Part shown: positions 1 to 9,356 of the stretch, piece after piece
Numbering within the stretch: the first letter of the stretch is position 1
Layout of the letters: the number at the start of each line of letters is the position of its first letter
Source of the DNA: Oscillatoriales cyanobacterium
Lineage (GTDB): Bacteria; Cyanobacteriota; Cyanobacteriia; Cyanobacteriales; Laspinemataceae
NCBI GenBank assembly: GCA_011390955.1
Contig: JAABRM010000001.1
Location: forward strand, 238,694-302,693
Direction: 5' to 3'
Length of the DNA: 64,000 nucleotides
Position numbers and translations under genes: made by a program
The notes under the pieces: generated by a model
Databases searched by the model: none
The model's input: only the letters and a program-made list of their open reading frames with translations
Told to the model about the DNA's origin: nothing

Positions 1-296
1 TATTTACGTTTAACTGCATCGTCAAAAATTGCCATTTGATCGGGAGTAAACGATTCACCAATTTTTCCCAACAGTTCTATTGCCATTATTGAGCTACTAT
101 ACTCTTTTAATTCATCATTTGACATAGCATTAAATTCTTCAAAAGACAAGTTATTTTGGCAACGTTTAACTAAATCTTGTACCATTTCTGAATAATTCAG
201 ATCCTCTTTGAATAAAGGATCCTCTTCCATCAAAATGGAAACGATATTTTCAATTCTTTTAATCATTGATTCTTGTCTGATATCTGTTGATAACAT
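1..296 (-). CDS. VapB-like antitoxin paralog (third copy; stop codon truncated by window edge)
   Basis: Minus strand from ATG (294..296) translates in frame to a 98-aa protein MLSTDIRQESMIKRIENIVSILMEEDPLFKEDLNYSEM...FTPDQMAIFDDAVKRK. This is collinear with 1947..2243 and 2850..3146. Nucleotides 160..360 are near-identical to 2100..2330. Confidence 0.6.
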   Translation of the reverse strand, partial: MLSTDIRQESMIKRIENIVSILMEEDPLFKEDLNYSEMVQDLVKRCQNNLSFEEFNAMSNDELKEYSSSIMAIELLGKIGESFTPDQMAIFDDAVKRK

Positions 297-367
297 AATT
301 AGTACCTCGCTTTGATGACTATTGTATCATATTTTTGAATTTTCGGCCATATAATGCGATCGCTCAT

Positions 368-883
368 CTATACTAACACTGTTGAATCACTAAAAGCCGG
401 TTTAATAAACTCATTCTTATCCGCTAAACTAATATAGCCCAGATTAACAGCAAGTTCCATTAATTCAGTTAAAAATCGTTTTAATTCATCTAAAACTTGT
501 TGTTTGTTTAACATAAATATTTTTTCATCATTTGAATAACCAAACTCCCTTAAGTAACATTTAATCTCCTTAGCAATAGGTACAAATTTAATAATTATCC
601 AACAACTTTCAGCAAACTCTAACTCAATCGCTTTACCTGCGTCTAGATCGGCAATTAATTGAGGTAAATTATCCTCTAATATCATGCAAATATCAGGATC
701 TAAAAAAACAAAAATTTCCTGATTTTCCACCCTAACTAAAACTTTACGATCGGATTCATAACAAAAACGTCTGATTCCTAACTCAAAATCAGATAATTCT
801 CTTAAAGGATCATTGGGTGGTGGGGCTAAATTTTCTAGATTACGTTCTTGTAATCTAATTTCAAACTGCTTATTAATATTCAT
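368..883 (-). CDS. hypothetical protein (171 aa), second gene of a two-gene operon; possible immunity/partner protein
   Basis: Long ORF on the minus strand. Its start overlaps the stop of the upstream ORF (ATGA-type coupling at 880..883). No recognisable motif. AT-rich and no HIP1 inside. Confidence 0.4.
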   Translation of the reverse strand: MNINKQFEIRLQERNLENLAPPPNDPLRELSDFELGIRRFCYESDRKVLVRVENQEIFVFLDPDICMILEDNLPQLIADLDAGKAIELEFAESCWIIIKFVPIAKEIKCYLREFGYSNDEKIFMLNKQQVLDELKRFLTELMELAVNLGYISLADKNEFIKPAFSDSTVLV

Positions 884-1326
884 ATTTCTCTCCTTAAAGT
901 GTAAGATTTTGTAACTGGATAAGCATATCTCAAAGTACCATCAGGTTTTCTTTTAATATTAATGCGACTAACATTTTCTGTAATAGTTCCATCTCGATGA
1001 TACACCTTACCGACAGGACGCTTAAAATCAATAATATATCTACCTGAATATTTAGGAGTTATTCTTTCAGCTAAAATTATATCGTCATCATTTAACCATT
1101 GTCCCTGATCTCGATTACTACTGGCTAATCTTCCCTTAATTTCAGAAAGTTTAAGCCGTGAACCATGATGTCGTAAAATATGATCGTAAACTTTAGTACA
1201 TTTAAGATTATGCCATTGCGGTTCTTTGCCAGTACCTTGCCACTCACAACCACTTCCTACCTTAATTGTATAATCAATAATCTCAGATTCAACGATTTCG
1301 ATAGATTCTAATTCATCAAACGACAA
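880..1326 (-). CDS. hypothetical protein (148 aa), first gene of a two-gene operon; toxin-like candidate
   Basis: ORF is translationally coupled to 368..883. Basic protein with no motif I can name. Sits inside a toxin-antitoxin-dense neighbourhood. Confidence 0.4.
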   Translation of the reverse strand: MSFDELESIEIVESEIIDYTIKVGSGCEWQGTGKEPQWHNLKCTKVYDHILRHHGSRLKLSEIKGRLASSNRDQGQWLNDDDIILAERITPKYSGRYIIDFKRPVGKVYHRDGTITENVSRINIKRKPDGTLRYAYPVTKSYTLRREI

Positions 1327-1534
1327 TCAATTTAACCTCCTGATAAATTAAGATAATCTGATTATAGTCTGAAATGAGCCTAGAAACTTAGGTAAGGGTC
1401 GATATTACCCAAGGATGGACGCTTTATTGCCACATTTCCCCCCAATATTCTTGCGCTTACACTTCTTGCGCTTACACTTATCACTAATTACCATTATTAA
1501 TAAGAGAATTTTTAGGGTTAGGGGTGCGATCGCT

Positions 1535-1939
1535 TTATAAGTCTGACCAATTCTCTAAATTCAAACCTTCAACCCTAGCTAAGTCAGTATCATTAGAAAC
1601 CACAATTAAATCTTTGACCATCGCAGTCGCCGCAATTAAAATATCCTCAGTTTGAATCGGTAAACCCCTTAATCTCAGATTAGCGTGAATTTCGGCAGCT
1701 TTTTCTAATATTGCCAAATCATCTAAAAGAATAATCGGATATCTTTGACACAATCTGTTAAATCTTTCCCTTTGTTTTGGCGCATCAACTGCTAAAAAAC
1801 CTCGTCTAATTTCAAAATAAGTAATACAGCTAATACAAATATCTATACCTCGAAATTCAATTGATTGTAGTTTAGCTTTCATTTTTAAATTATCTCTGAC
1901 AGCTAAAGAGACAATATTAGTGTCTAATAAATAACTCAT
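1535..1939 (-). CDS. vapC: PIN-domain ribonuclease toxin VapC
   Basis: YLLDTNIVS...ISCITYFEIRRG...LIAATAMVKDLIVVSNDTDL is a PIN-domain signature. The probable start is MSYLLD, 7 nt downstream of the antitoxin stop. The ORF track's longer start (1972) overlaps the antitoxin. Confidence 0.8.
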   Translation of the reverse strand: MSYLLDTNIVSLAVRDNLKMKAKLQSIEFRGIDICISCITYFEIRRGFLAVDAPKQRERFNRLCQRYPIILLDDLAILEKAAEIHANLRLRGLPIQTEDILIAATAMVKDLIVVSNDTDLARVEGLNLENWSDL

Positions 1940-1946
1940 ATATCTC

Positions 1947-2243
1947 CTATTTGCGTTTAATTGCATCTTCAAAAATTGTCATTTGTTCAGGAGTAAAATC
2001 TCGACCAATTTTTGACAATATTTCTATTGACATCACCCCTTCACAATGTTTTTTTAACTCTGTATCTGGCATACTATTAAACTCTTCAATAGTCAAATTT
2101 TCTTGAGCAAGATTAACTAAGAGATTTACCATTTCTGAATAATCCAGATCCTCTTTGAATAAAGGATCCTCTTCCATCAAAATGGAAACGATATTTTCAA
2201 TTCTTTTAATCATTGATTCTTGTCTGATATCTGTTGATAACAT
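1947..2243 (-). CDS. VapB-like antitoxin (98 aa)
   Basis: Small acidic ORF immediately upstream of a PIN toxin on the same strand. Paralogous to 2850..3146 and 1..296. Confidence 0.65.
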   Translation of the reverse strand: MLSTDIRQESMIKRIENIVSILMEEDPLFKEDLDYSEMVNLLVNLAQENLTIEEFNSMPDTELKKHCEGVMSIEILSKIGRDFTPEQMTIFEDAIKRK

Positions 2244-2438
2244 AATTAGTACCTCGCTTTGATGACTATTATATCATATTTTTGAATTTTCGGCCATATA
2301 ATGCGATCGCTCATCTATCCTAACATAGACATCTCCAAATATCCGCTTACAATTATCACTAATTACCATTATTAATAAGAGAATTTTTAGGGTTAGGGGT
2401 GCGATCGCTTTTTGAGGGGAGTTAGATGTGCGATCGCT

Positions 2439-2849
2439 TTATAACTCTGACCAATTCTCTAAATTCAAACCTTCAACCCTAGCTAAGTCAGTATCATTAG
2501 AAACTACAATTAAATCTTTGACCATCGCAGTTGCCGCAATTAAAATATCCTCAGTTTGAATCGGTAAACCTCTTAATCTCAGATTAGCGTGAACTTCGGC
2601 GGCTTTTTCTAATATTGCTAAATCATCTAAGAAAATTATTTGATAATTTTGGTAAAATTCTTCAAATTTCTTCCTTTGTTTAGGGGCATCAACCGCTAAA
2701 AAACCCCGTCTAATTTCAAAATAAGTAATACAGCTAATGAAAATAAGTTCTTCCTTAGCTTTAACTAACTCAATTTTTTGCAAAATTATCGAATTTTGTT
2801 TTACAGCTAAGGAAACTATATTAGTATCTAATAAATAATTCATAATCAC
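2439..2849 (-). CDS. vapC: PIN-domain ribonuclease toxin VapC (paralog)
   Basis: MIMNYLLDTNIVSLAV...CITYFEIRRGFLAVDAPKQR...LIVVSNDTDLARVEGLNLENWSEL. About 85% identical to the 1535..1939 product. Confidence 0.8.
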   Translation of the reverse strand: MIMNYLLDTNIVSLAVKQNSIILQKIELVKAKEELIFISCITYFEIRRGFLAVDAPKQRKKFEEFYQNYQIIFLDDLAILEKAAEVHANLRLRGLPIQTEDILIAATAMVKDLIVVSNDTDLARVEGLNLENWSEL

Positions 2850-3146
2850 CTATTTGCGTTTAATTGCTTCATCAAAAATTGCCATTTGTTCAGGAGTAAA
2901 ATCATCACCTATTGTTGCCAAAAGTTGTAGTGACATAATGCTACTACAACGATTTTTTAAACTTTCATCTGAAATATTATTAAATTCTTCAAAAGATAAA
3001 GCTTTTTTAAAAACTTCAGCTAGATGTGTCACCATTTCTGAATAATCGATATCTTCTTTATATATCGGACGTTCTTCCATGATGACAGATACAATTTGCT
3101 CAATTCTTTTAACCATTGATTCTTGTCTAATATCTGTTGATAACAT
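2850..3146 (-). CDS. VapB-like antitoxin (98 aa, paralog)
   Basis: Abuts the start of the PIN gene. MLSTDIRQESMVKRIEQIVSVIMEE... is a paralog of 1947..2243. Confidence 0.65.
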   Translation of the reverse strand: MLSTDIRQESMVKRIEQIVSVIMEERPIYKEDIDYSEMVTHLAEVFKKALSFEEFNNISDESLKNRCSSIMSLQLLATIGDDFTPEQMAIFDEAIKRK

Positions 3147-3254
3147 AATTAGTACCTCGCTAACGTTTATGACTATTATACCATATTTTTGAATAGCTTC
3201 AGCAACCGGGGTTCTGATTTGTCAGCGGTTTTCTTTCTTACTGAACCACGGTAG

Positions 3255-3440
3255 TATTTATATTGTAGGGTGGGCAAAAGTCTATCATCATATATGGTAG
3301 GGTGGGTAAAATTTTTGCCCACCCTACGAATGTTATGGGCTTATAGCGGTTTTTCTTGGATGAATTACAGAGGTTTTCTGGATTCTAGCGGGCGCGGTTC
3401 GGGACAGGTTTTTTTCTACTTCATAAATCCGCAAATTGCT
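3255..3440. repeat. Composite MITE-like repeats: GGGTGGGCAAAA/TTTTGCCCACCCTAC family plus 'cagaggttttctggattc...gggaatgac' family
   Basis: 'tgtagggtgggcaaaag...ggtagggtgggtaaaatttttgcccaccctacg' inverted repeats recur at 13818, 27195, 44762 and 57328. The second part matches units at 15485, 34265, 42445 and 60117. Confidence 0.7.
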
Positions 3441-3446
3441 AGATTT

Positions 3447-5636
3447 CTAATGATTATCCAAGGGTAACGATGGAGGAGTCGGCGGTGCTACGGGACAAGA
3501 CAATGTAACTTTATGACTTTCTCGTTCGGTCTGCATTTCCACCGCGATCGCATCTAACTCAATTTCCACCGTCCCATAAGGAATAAGCAACTGCATGGTT
3601 GCTTCCATATCTCCCATGCCGGTAGCCCAAAAATCAGTAATCCAGTGGGGACCATCAAGCAGAGTGCGAGTTTGTCGGTCATGCAGCCATAATTTCACAT
3701 AAATACGCGGTTCCAGTTCTGGTAATCGCACCATCAACTTAACCGGACGACCGGCAATTAATTCCCCTGGGGGCACCTCTAGATATGGGTTGGGTACGGG
3801 CTCATCTTCGGGCAAAACCAATCCGGCAGTCGCTAGATCGGCGTTCTTGCCCGCTAAAAGCTGACTTCCGCTAGTGGCTTCCGTTTCCAGTTCATCATCC
3901 ACCACAATCTCTCGATCTTCCCAAGCGATCGCCTCTTCCTCTGGCTCATATTCCATCGGATCTGCCGCATTTGCTTCCGTTTCCAATGGTTTGGGTTCTA
4001 ATGGTTTGGGAATTTCTAGCTCAGAAAAATGACTCTTTAACCATTGAGATAAGTCACCATCACTCGCCAAAGCATTAAGGCGAGATAAAAATCTTTGTTG
4101 TAAATTTAGCTTTTGAAAAGCCGTTTCTAACACAGAAGGTTTGCGGGGTTCTGGGATAGAAATTTCCGGGGCTGTTTCAATTTCATCTGACGGAAACGAC
4201 TCAAAAGATCGATCTTTTTGCTTGGCTTTTTGCTGAATTTTTTTAGTAAAATCAATCACATTAGTCGCCTCGGCAGTCGTCTCCTCTGGCAATGGCGTCT
4301 CCTCTACCGACTCAGGGGAATTGGCCGGATTTTCTGGGGGCTGCTGATTTTGAGGGGTAAACTGTGGTGGACGAGAAAAGACGGGAAATTCGATCGCTTT
4401 AAATGGTGAAGGGCGATCGGTCGGCGTTGGCAGGTCAATTTTGGGAGGAATTGCCGGTTTTTTCACCCGTTGAAATGAGAGCGGCTCAGGATTTTTTAAG
4501 GTTTCGACAATATTGAGAAATGTCTCATCAATACTGGTTAAATTATGTTTAATCTCAGCTTCTCGCGAAAAGTCTAAGAGTTGTTCATCAATCAAATTAT
4601 CAGAAATTTCTGCCATCAACTGATTCACATCGGCAGTAATAGAAAAAGATGCACTGGCTAACGTCACTGGGGTATCCTGTGACGTTGATTCCCCTGGTGC
4701 ATAGAGGTTGACTTCTCCTAGCAGTAAACTGGTGTTACAATTTAAGGGAATATCCACGTCACAGGAGAACGGGACTGGCAATTTCTGGGCTAATAAGGGT
4801 TGCTGTACTTGGGCTAACCATTTGCCGTTTTCTGGATTGCGTAGACCAATATGCAGTTGACCTGTGACGGCAAACTGACCTTGCAAGGTGGTGTCGGCTT
4901 CAATTCGACCGGAGAGGGTAAACCGTTCGCCGCAATTCACCACAAAAGTGGGCCGCGCTAGGGTCAATTTGACTGCTGGGGCTGCCAAAAATTTTGTGGC
5001 CTGGGGCGTTGGGGCATTCCCGGATGGGTGGCTGGTTTCTGGATCGGGATTGGGATCGGAGAATGAGTCTTCAGGGCTGCTGCTTAGGGCTGTGTCTGGC
5101 CGATCGCTAGTTCGATCGTCTCGATCGCTTTGATAATTTTGATAATTTTGATAATTGCGATCTTGATAATTTTGATAATTTTGCTCCGTTGCCGGTGTTG
5201 CAGCAGATTCAGCCAAGACCGTGGGGGGCTGTTTTGTCAGATTTTGAACTGGGGCGATGTCTTCTTCGGCGTCTGCATAATCATCAATGGGTAAAACCTC
5301 TAGACGCACCGATTCTTGCCAGGTTTCTTCCTGACTATCGGGGTTGACATCACCGACGCAGCGCAGTTCCCAAATGCCCGGTTTGAAGCGCATAAATGGA
5401 ATAACTACCATTAATCCTTCGGGACTGGTGCGGTTGGTGCGTTTTTGCACGCCACGTTTTGGGGGGAATTCTTCCGGGGGAGTTTGGTAGGTAATCCGAA
5501 TTTCTACCGGCGCGTTGATCCGACTCGATCGCGCAACCAGCCGATATCTGCCTTCTAAAATTTCCACATCAGCGGTTTCTAGAGGCAGCCAGGAGCGATC
5601 GCCCTCTTTTTGTATCAGAAATTCCCAGTATTCCAT
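3447..5636 (-). CDS. hypothetical Pro/Gln-rich protein (729 aa) with internal NYQ tandem repeat
   Basis: Uninterrupted 2.2-kb ORF containing HIP1 sites. The central low-complexity region includes NYQNYQDRNYQNYQNYQ, encoded by a (ttgataatt)n tandem repeat at ~5140..5190. No catalytic motif recognised. Confidence 0.6.
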   Translation of the reverse strand: MEYWEFLIQKEGDRSWLPLETADVEILEGRYRLVARSSRINAPVEIRITYQTPPEEFPPKRGVQKRTNRTSPEGLMVVIPFMRFKPGIWELRCVGDVNPDSQEETWQESVRLEVLPIDDYADAEEDIAPVQNLTKQPPTVLAESAATPATEQNYQNYQDRNYQNYQNYQSDRDDRTSDRPDTALSSSPEDSFSDPNPDPETSHPSGNAPTPQATKFLAAPAVKLTLARPTFVVNCGERFTLSGRIEADTTLQGQFAVTGQLHIGLRNPENGKWLAQVQQPLLAQKLPVPFSCDVDIPLNCNTSLLLGEVNLYAPGESTSQDTPVTLASASFSITADVNQLMAEISDNLIDEQLLDFSREAEIKHNLTSIDETFLNIVETLKNPEPLSFQRVKKPAIPPKIDLPTPTDRPSPFKAIEFPVFSRPPQFTPQNQQPPENPANSPESVEETPLPEETTAEATNVIDFTKKIQQKAKQKDRSFESFPSDEIETAPEISIPEPRKPSVLETAFQKLNLQQRFLSRLNALASDGDLSQWLKSHFSELEIPKPLEPKPLETEANAADPMEYEPEEEAIAWEDREIVVDDELETEATSGSQLLAGKNADLATAGLVLPEDEPVPNPYLEVPPGELIAGRPVKLMVRLPELEPRIYVKLWLHDRQTRTLLDGPHWITDFWATGMGDMEATMQLLIPYGTVEIELDAIAVEMQTERESHKVTLSCPVAPPTPPSLPLDNH

Positions 5637-5806
5637 TGCTTGCCGTGGAGATAGTGTCTGCCTGACAGACGATCAAAATTTTCCTGAAGTCAGTTTAACC
5701 TAGTTTTGCCTGATTTTGCCTGCAACCAGATTCTTTTTCTCGATTCCAGAAAACATCTTTCGAGAAAGGGAAGTCTTTAATATAAGAAGAATAAGAGGTG
5801 ACGGTT

Positions 5807-7522
5807 ATGAAACCTATTTTTTGGCATTCTTTAATAATTACGCTTAGTTTACTGTTTTCGGGGACTGTGGGCAAACCGCCGTTCGCCCCCGCACCCTTGT
5901 TGGCGGCCCCTGCTGGCACAGAGGATGGGGCTACGGAGAATGTTACGGAGAATGTTACGGAAACAACGGTTGATGGGGAAATTGATGGAGAAATTGATGG
6001 GGAAGTTGAGGCTAACCCAGAAAATTCCGCAGAAATGGAGGGGGAGGGGGAAACTTCTGAAACCTTAGAAACAGAGGAAACTACCGAGGAGAAACCTGTA
6101 GAGGATGTTTCGGCGGAAGCGGAAGAAGATGCGGCAGAGAAAGCGGCAGCAGAACAGCGACGGCAGGTTTTAATTGAGGCGGATAAATTATATGTGGCGG
6201 GAGATTATGCGGCGGCTAAGACATTGTATCAGCAGGTGAAACCGCCTTTTTCTGGGGATACATTACCGGATGAGTTTCGCGATCGCCCTGAACCGATTTA
6301 TGACCCGGAACTATTGGCCCCAGCGGGACAAGTGTATTGGCGTGAGGGCAATGCGGGAGTTGAGCAAAAACTGGAAACGCGGATTTTTATTCCCTTGGAG
6401 TTATTGGTAGAAAAATATCCCGAATTTATTCCCGGTCATTTACTATTGGCGCAGGCTTTCCAGGATTATGAAAAACTGCCACAAGCGGTGGAAGTGTTGA
6501 ATCGGGCTACCACCCTTTATCCCCAACAAACGGATCTGCTACGGGCGCAAATTGATGTTTTGATGAAAAGCAGACAGTGGTTAGAAGCATCGATCGCGGC
6601 CCGTCAATTTGCTTTACTCAACCCAGATCGTCCGGAGGCGGCAGAATTTGCGGTCTTGGCAGAAGAAAACTATGACAAGTTTCGGTCTTATCTGAAAAAA
6701 TTGATCGCCGGAAACGCGATCGCCAATGTGATTACTGGGGCGGTCAGTGTCGCCCTCACCGGCAATCCTTTGGGTGCCCTCTCGGCGGTGGAAACATTGG
6801 TATTACTCGCCCAGGGTGAATCCGGTCTGGGCGATCGGATCGCCAACAATGCGATCGAGAACCTGGAAATGGTGGAAGATGAAGAAATCGTTGCCTATAT
6901 TAATGAATTAGGCCAAAACCTGGCCAAAGTATCGGGCCGCGACGATTTTACCTATGAATTTCATGTGGTCTTAGATCCCAACTTAAACGCCTTTGCTCTC
7001 CCTGGGGGCAAAGTCTTTGTCAATGCTGGGGCGATTTACCACACCGAGTCAGAAGCGGAACTAGCTGGTTTACTCACCCATGAATTAGCCCACGCTATTT
7101 TATCCCACGGATTTCAAATGGTGACTCATGGCAACCTGGTGGAAAGTATGACCCGCTTTGTCCCCTTTGGCGGCACCATTGGCAATTTATTAGTCTTAGA
7201 TTATAGCCGGGAAATGGAACAGCAGGCGGATCTTTTGGGCACTCGAATGCTGGCAGCAGCGGACTATGCGGCGGATGGTTTACGCAATTTAATGGTGACA
7301 TTAAATGAGCAATATGGCGATAATAGTCCGGTGTTGAAAGCCTTATCCTCTCACCCCCCGACGAAAGAACGAATTGCTTATTTGGAAAGTTTGATTACTC
7401 GCGGTGGCTATAATCGTTATGCTTACGAGGGAGTAGAACGCCATCAGCAAATCCGCCAGCGGGTTGCCAAATTACTCGAAGAAGAAAAGGTCGATGATGA
7501 GGATATCCTAGAAATTGAATAA
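5807..7522 (+). CDS. M48-family Zn metallopeptidase (BepA/YfgC-like) with signal peptide and TPR-like region
   Basis: HELAHAILSHG HExxH motif followed by ...EQQADLLG. N-terminal hydrophobic signal. ATG at 5807 is preceded by AAGAGG. The ORF track's start at 5798 is a GTG. Confidence 0.85.
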   Translation: MKPIFWHSLIITLSLLFSGTVGKPPFAPAPLLAAPAGTEDGATENVTENVTETTVDGEIDGEIDGEVEANPENSAEMEGEGETSETLETEETTEEKPVEDVSAEAEEDAAEKAAAEQRRQVLIEADKLYVAGDYAAAKTLYQQVKPPFSGDTLPDEFRDRPEPIYDPELLAPAGQVYWREGNAGVEQKLETRIFIPLELLVEKYPEFIPGHLLLAQAFQDYEKLPQAVEVLNRATTLYPQQTDLLRAQIDVLMKSRQWLEASIAARQFALLNPDRPEAAEFAVLAEENYDKFRSYLKKLIAGNAIANVITGAVSVALTGNPLGALSAVETLVLLAQGESGLGDRIANNAIENLEMVEDEEIVAYINELGQNLAKVSGRDDFTYEFHVVLDPNLNAFALPGGKVFVNAGAIYHTESEAELAGLLTHELAHAILSHGFQMVTHGNLVESMTRFVPFGGTIGNLLVLDYSREMEQQADLLGTRMLAAADYAADGLRNLMVTLNEQYGDNSPVLKALSSHPPTKERIAYLESLITRGGYNRYAYEGVERHQQIRQRVAKLLEEEKVDDEDILEIE

Positions 7523-7692
7523 TTTTTGTTGTTTGTTGTTAGTTGATGGTTGTTAGTTGATGGTTGTTGTTTGTTGTTTGTTCATTGTTGTTTGTTCATT
7601 GTTCATCAACAACCAACCACCAACAAACAACAACCAACCAACAACCAACAAACAACAACCAACCAACAACCAACAAACAACAAGCAACAAAA
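7505..7692. repeat. Long imperfect palindrome (TTGTTG)n...(CAACAA)n between convergent genes; probable bidirectional terminator
   Basis: ttgttgtttgttg...gttcatcaacaaccaaccaccaacaaacaacaacc: a T/G-rich arm followed by its reverse complement. Confidence 0.6.
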
Positions 7693-8397
7693 TTAACTAA
7701 GATTTGCTTGAATAATGTTCTGACATTCTGCCACGGAAGCCCGTTGTTCCATTGCGGTGACCAGGGCTTCATAAGCTTTTAAGTTAGCTTCAATTAGGGT
7801 ACGCGCTTGTAAAGCAGCCCAACGCGCTTTTAATTGAGCATTCATCGGGGTGCTAATTTGACTTAAAACCCCTTGCAATTTCAGCCGGTCTTCTGCCCCT
7901 CCAGTGGCGTTATTGTATGCGATGGTTTCTGCGGCAATGCCAGCCATCCAAACGATGCAATAGCGATCGAGCATCTGAGCAGTAATTTGCCCTTTTTGCA
8001 GTTGTTCGTTGAGTTGGCAATCGTCAAATTGTACCCCGCCTTGGGCTGCCTGTCCTTGTTGGAAAGCTTCCCAAGCATTCAGGGCATAGCCGCTAATGGG
8101 AATATCCAATAAGTAGGCGACCAAAAAGTGACCGGCTTCGTGCTTGATAATGCGTTCGCGAAGCGGCGCGGATGCGCTATCGCGATGTTCTGCCGAAGTC
8201 ATTCTCGCCAACCAATCTAATATTAAAGTCCCCCCTTGACCTTGCCAGGTAAAGCTGTCTACGGTGGCAAGTCCCAACAGGGTAAAAGTAGCAACTGCCG
8301 GAATTGTGGGAGATAAATTGACCAGTGGGCCAAGTAGGACAGAAAAAGTAGTCACAAAAACAGCGATCGCTGCTAAATTTATGGAAAGTTGGTTCAT
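7693..8397 (-). CDS. Membrane-anchored protein with FtsH-type (M41-like) peptidase motif
   Basis: N-terminal TM helices, then IKHEAGHFLVAYLL, which resembles the HEAGHA zinc-binding motif of FtsH. No AAA module. Confidence 0.55.
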   Translation of the reverse strand: MNQLSINLAAIAVFVTTFSVLLGPLVNLSPTIPAVATFTLLGLATVDSFTWQGQGGTLILDWLARMTSAEHRDSASAPLRERIIKHEAGHFLVAYLLDIPISGYALNAWEAFQQGQAAQGGVQFDDCQLNEQLQKGQITAQMLDRYCIVWMAGIAAETIAYNNATGGAEDRLKLQGVLSQISTPMNAQLKARWAALQARTLIEANLKAYEALVTAMEQRASVAECQNIIQANLS

Positions 8398-8540
8398 TTT
8401 TGGATAATTTCAGAGTATTTGTTAACTTTTATAACATTTGCGCCTGTCCCCGACAAGGCTGAATGGCGATCGCTGCCAGTTTCTTTATTTCCCCTCTCTC
8501 CTCTGTGTGGAAATTGGGTGAAAACAACTCGTCGATTTCT

Positions 8541-8975
8541 CTAATTTTTGGGAGGATGCCAACCCGCCATCACCCAGAACCGTCTGACTCTAAGTGCATC
8601 CAGGTCACTACTCAATTTTAATGCGGCAACTGTTGCCCGACCAATTGCAGTTTTACCCATAATTATCACCCCGTCTTCTGCCCATTCAAAATGGTCAGAC
8701 CAGTTTTGATGACGAGGGTTGAACAGAGGAACAGACTCATTAGTTTCCGGGTCAATTCCGATTATTTTATCACTTTTATGTCCGTTACAAATTGGGCAAG
8801 CCAGCCATAGATTATCTTCTTGATCCGATCCACCTTTAGATCGGGGGATAATATGCTCAATCTGTAAACGAGCCATAACTAAATCTTGTGGACTCAAACA
8901 ATATCCACAGCGATTTTTGGCGACTTGACGGACTCGCTGTTCTAAGGCGATCGGGATATAATAATTACCAGCCAT
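8541..8975 (-). CDS. HNH endonuclease
   Basis: CGYCLSP...EHIIPRSKGGSDQEDNLWLACPICNGHK has the HNH C-x2-C...H...N...C-x2-C...H architecture. Confidence 0.8.
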   Translation of the reverse strand: MAGNYYIPIALEQRVRQVAKNRCGYCLSPQDLVMARLQIEHIIPRSKGGSDQEDNLWLACPICNGHKSDKIIGIDPETNESVPLFNPRHQNWSDHFEWAEDGVIIMGKTAIGRATVAALKLSSDLDALRVRRFWVMAGWHPPKN

Positions 8976-8990
8976 AATTAACAGTTTTAA

Positions 8991-9356
8991 TTAACAGTTT
9001 AACGGTGGTCTTAATCCCCGTTCAACGGCTATCTTAAGTGCCTCAGCTTTACGCAACATCCCCTGTCGATATTGTTGCATCAGTTCAGCGAGTTCAATCT
9101 GTTCCGAGGGGCTAATCGTTTGTTCTTGCTGGGCTGTAAGAAGTTCCGAGAGTCGTTCTTGTTGATCCGGTGCAAGTTGCAATTCACAAAGTTGTATAAT
9201 TTGCTCATCAGCCAGCAATTCTACAGGCAATTCAGCAGCCGCACGGGTCAACCAATCAAGCAATACTTCTTGCCAAGATTGCTGAGTCTGGTTAGCAAAG
9301 GCTTGTATTTGTTTCGCCAGGGATTCTGGTAGTTCTAGGGTGACTTGTGTCGTCAT
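8991..9356 (-). CDS. hypothetical acidic protein co-transcribed with the HNH endonuclease
   Basis: ORF 15 nt upstream of the HNH gene on the same strand. Gln/Glu-rich helical protein. Confidence 0.5.
   Translation of the reverse strand: MTTQVTLELPESLAKQIQAFANQTQQSWQEVLLDWLTRAAAELPVELLADEQIIQLCELQLAPDQQERLSELLTAQQEQTISPSEQIELAELMQQYRQGMLRKAEALKIAVERGLRPPLNC

Noticed and set aside
3270-3467. 65-aa ORF
   Set aside because: It lies wholly inside MITE sequence (GGGTGGGCAAAA and cagaggttttctgg families).
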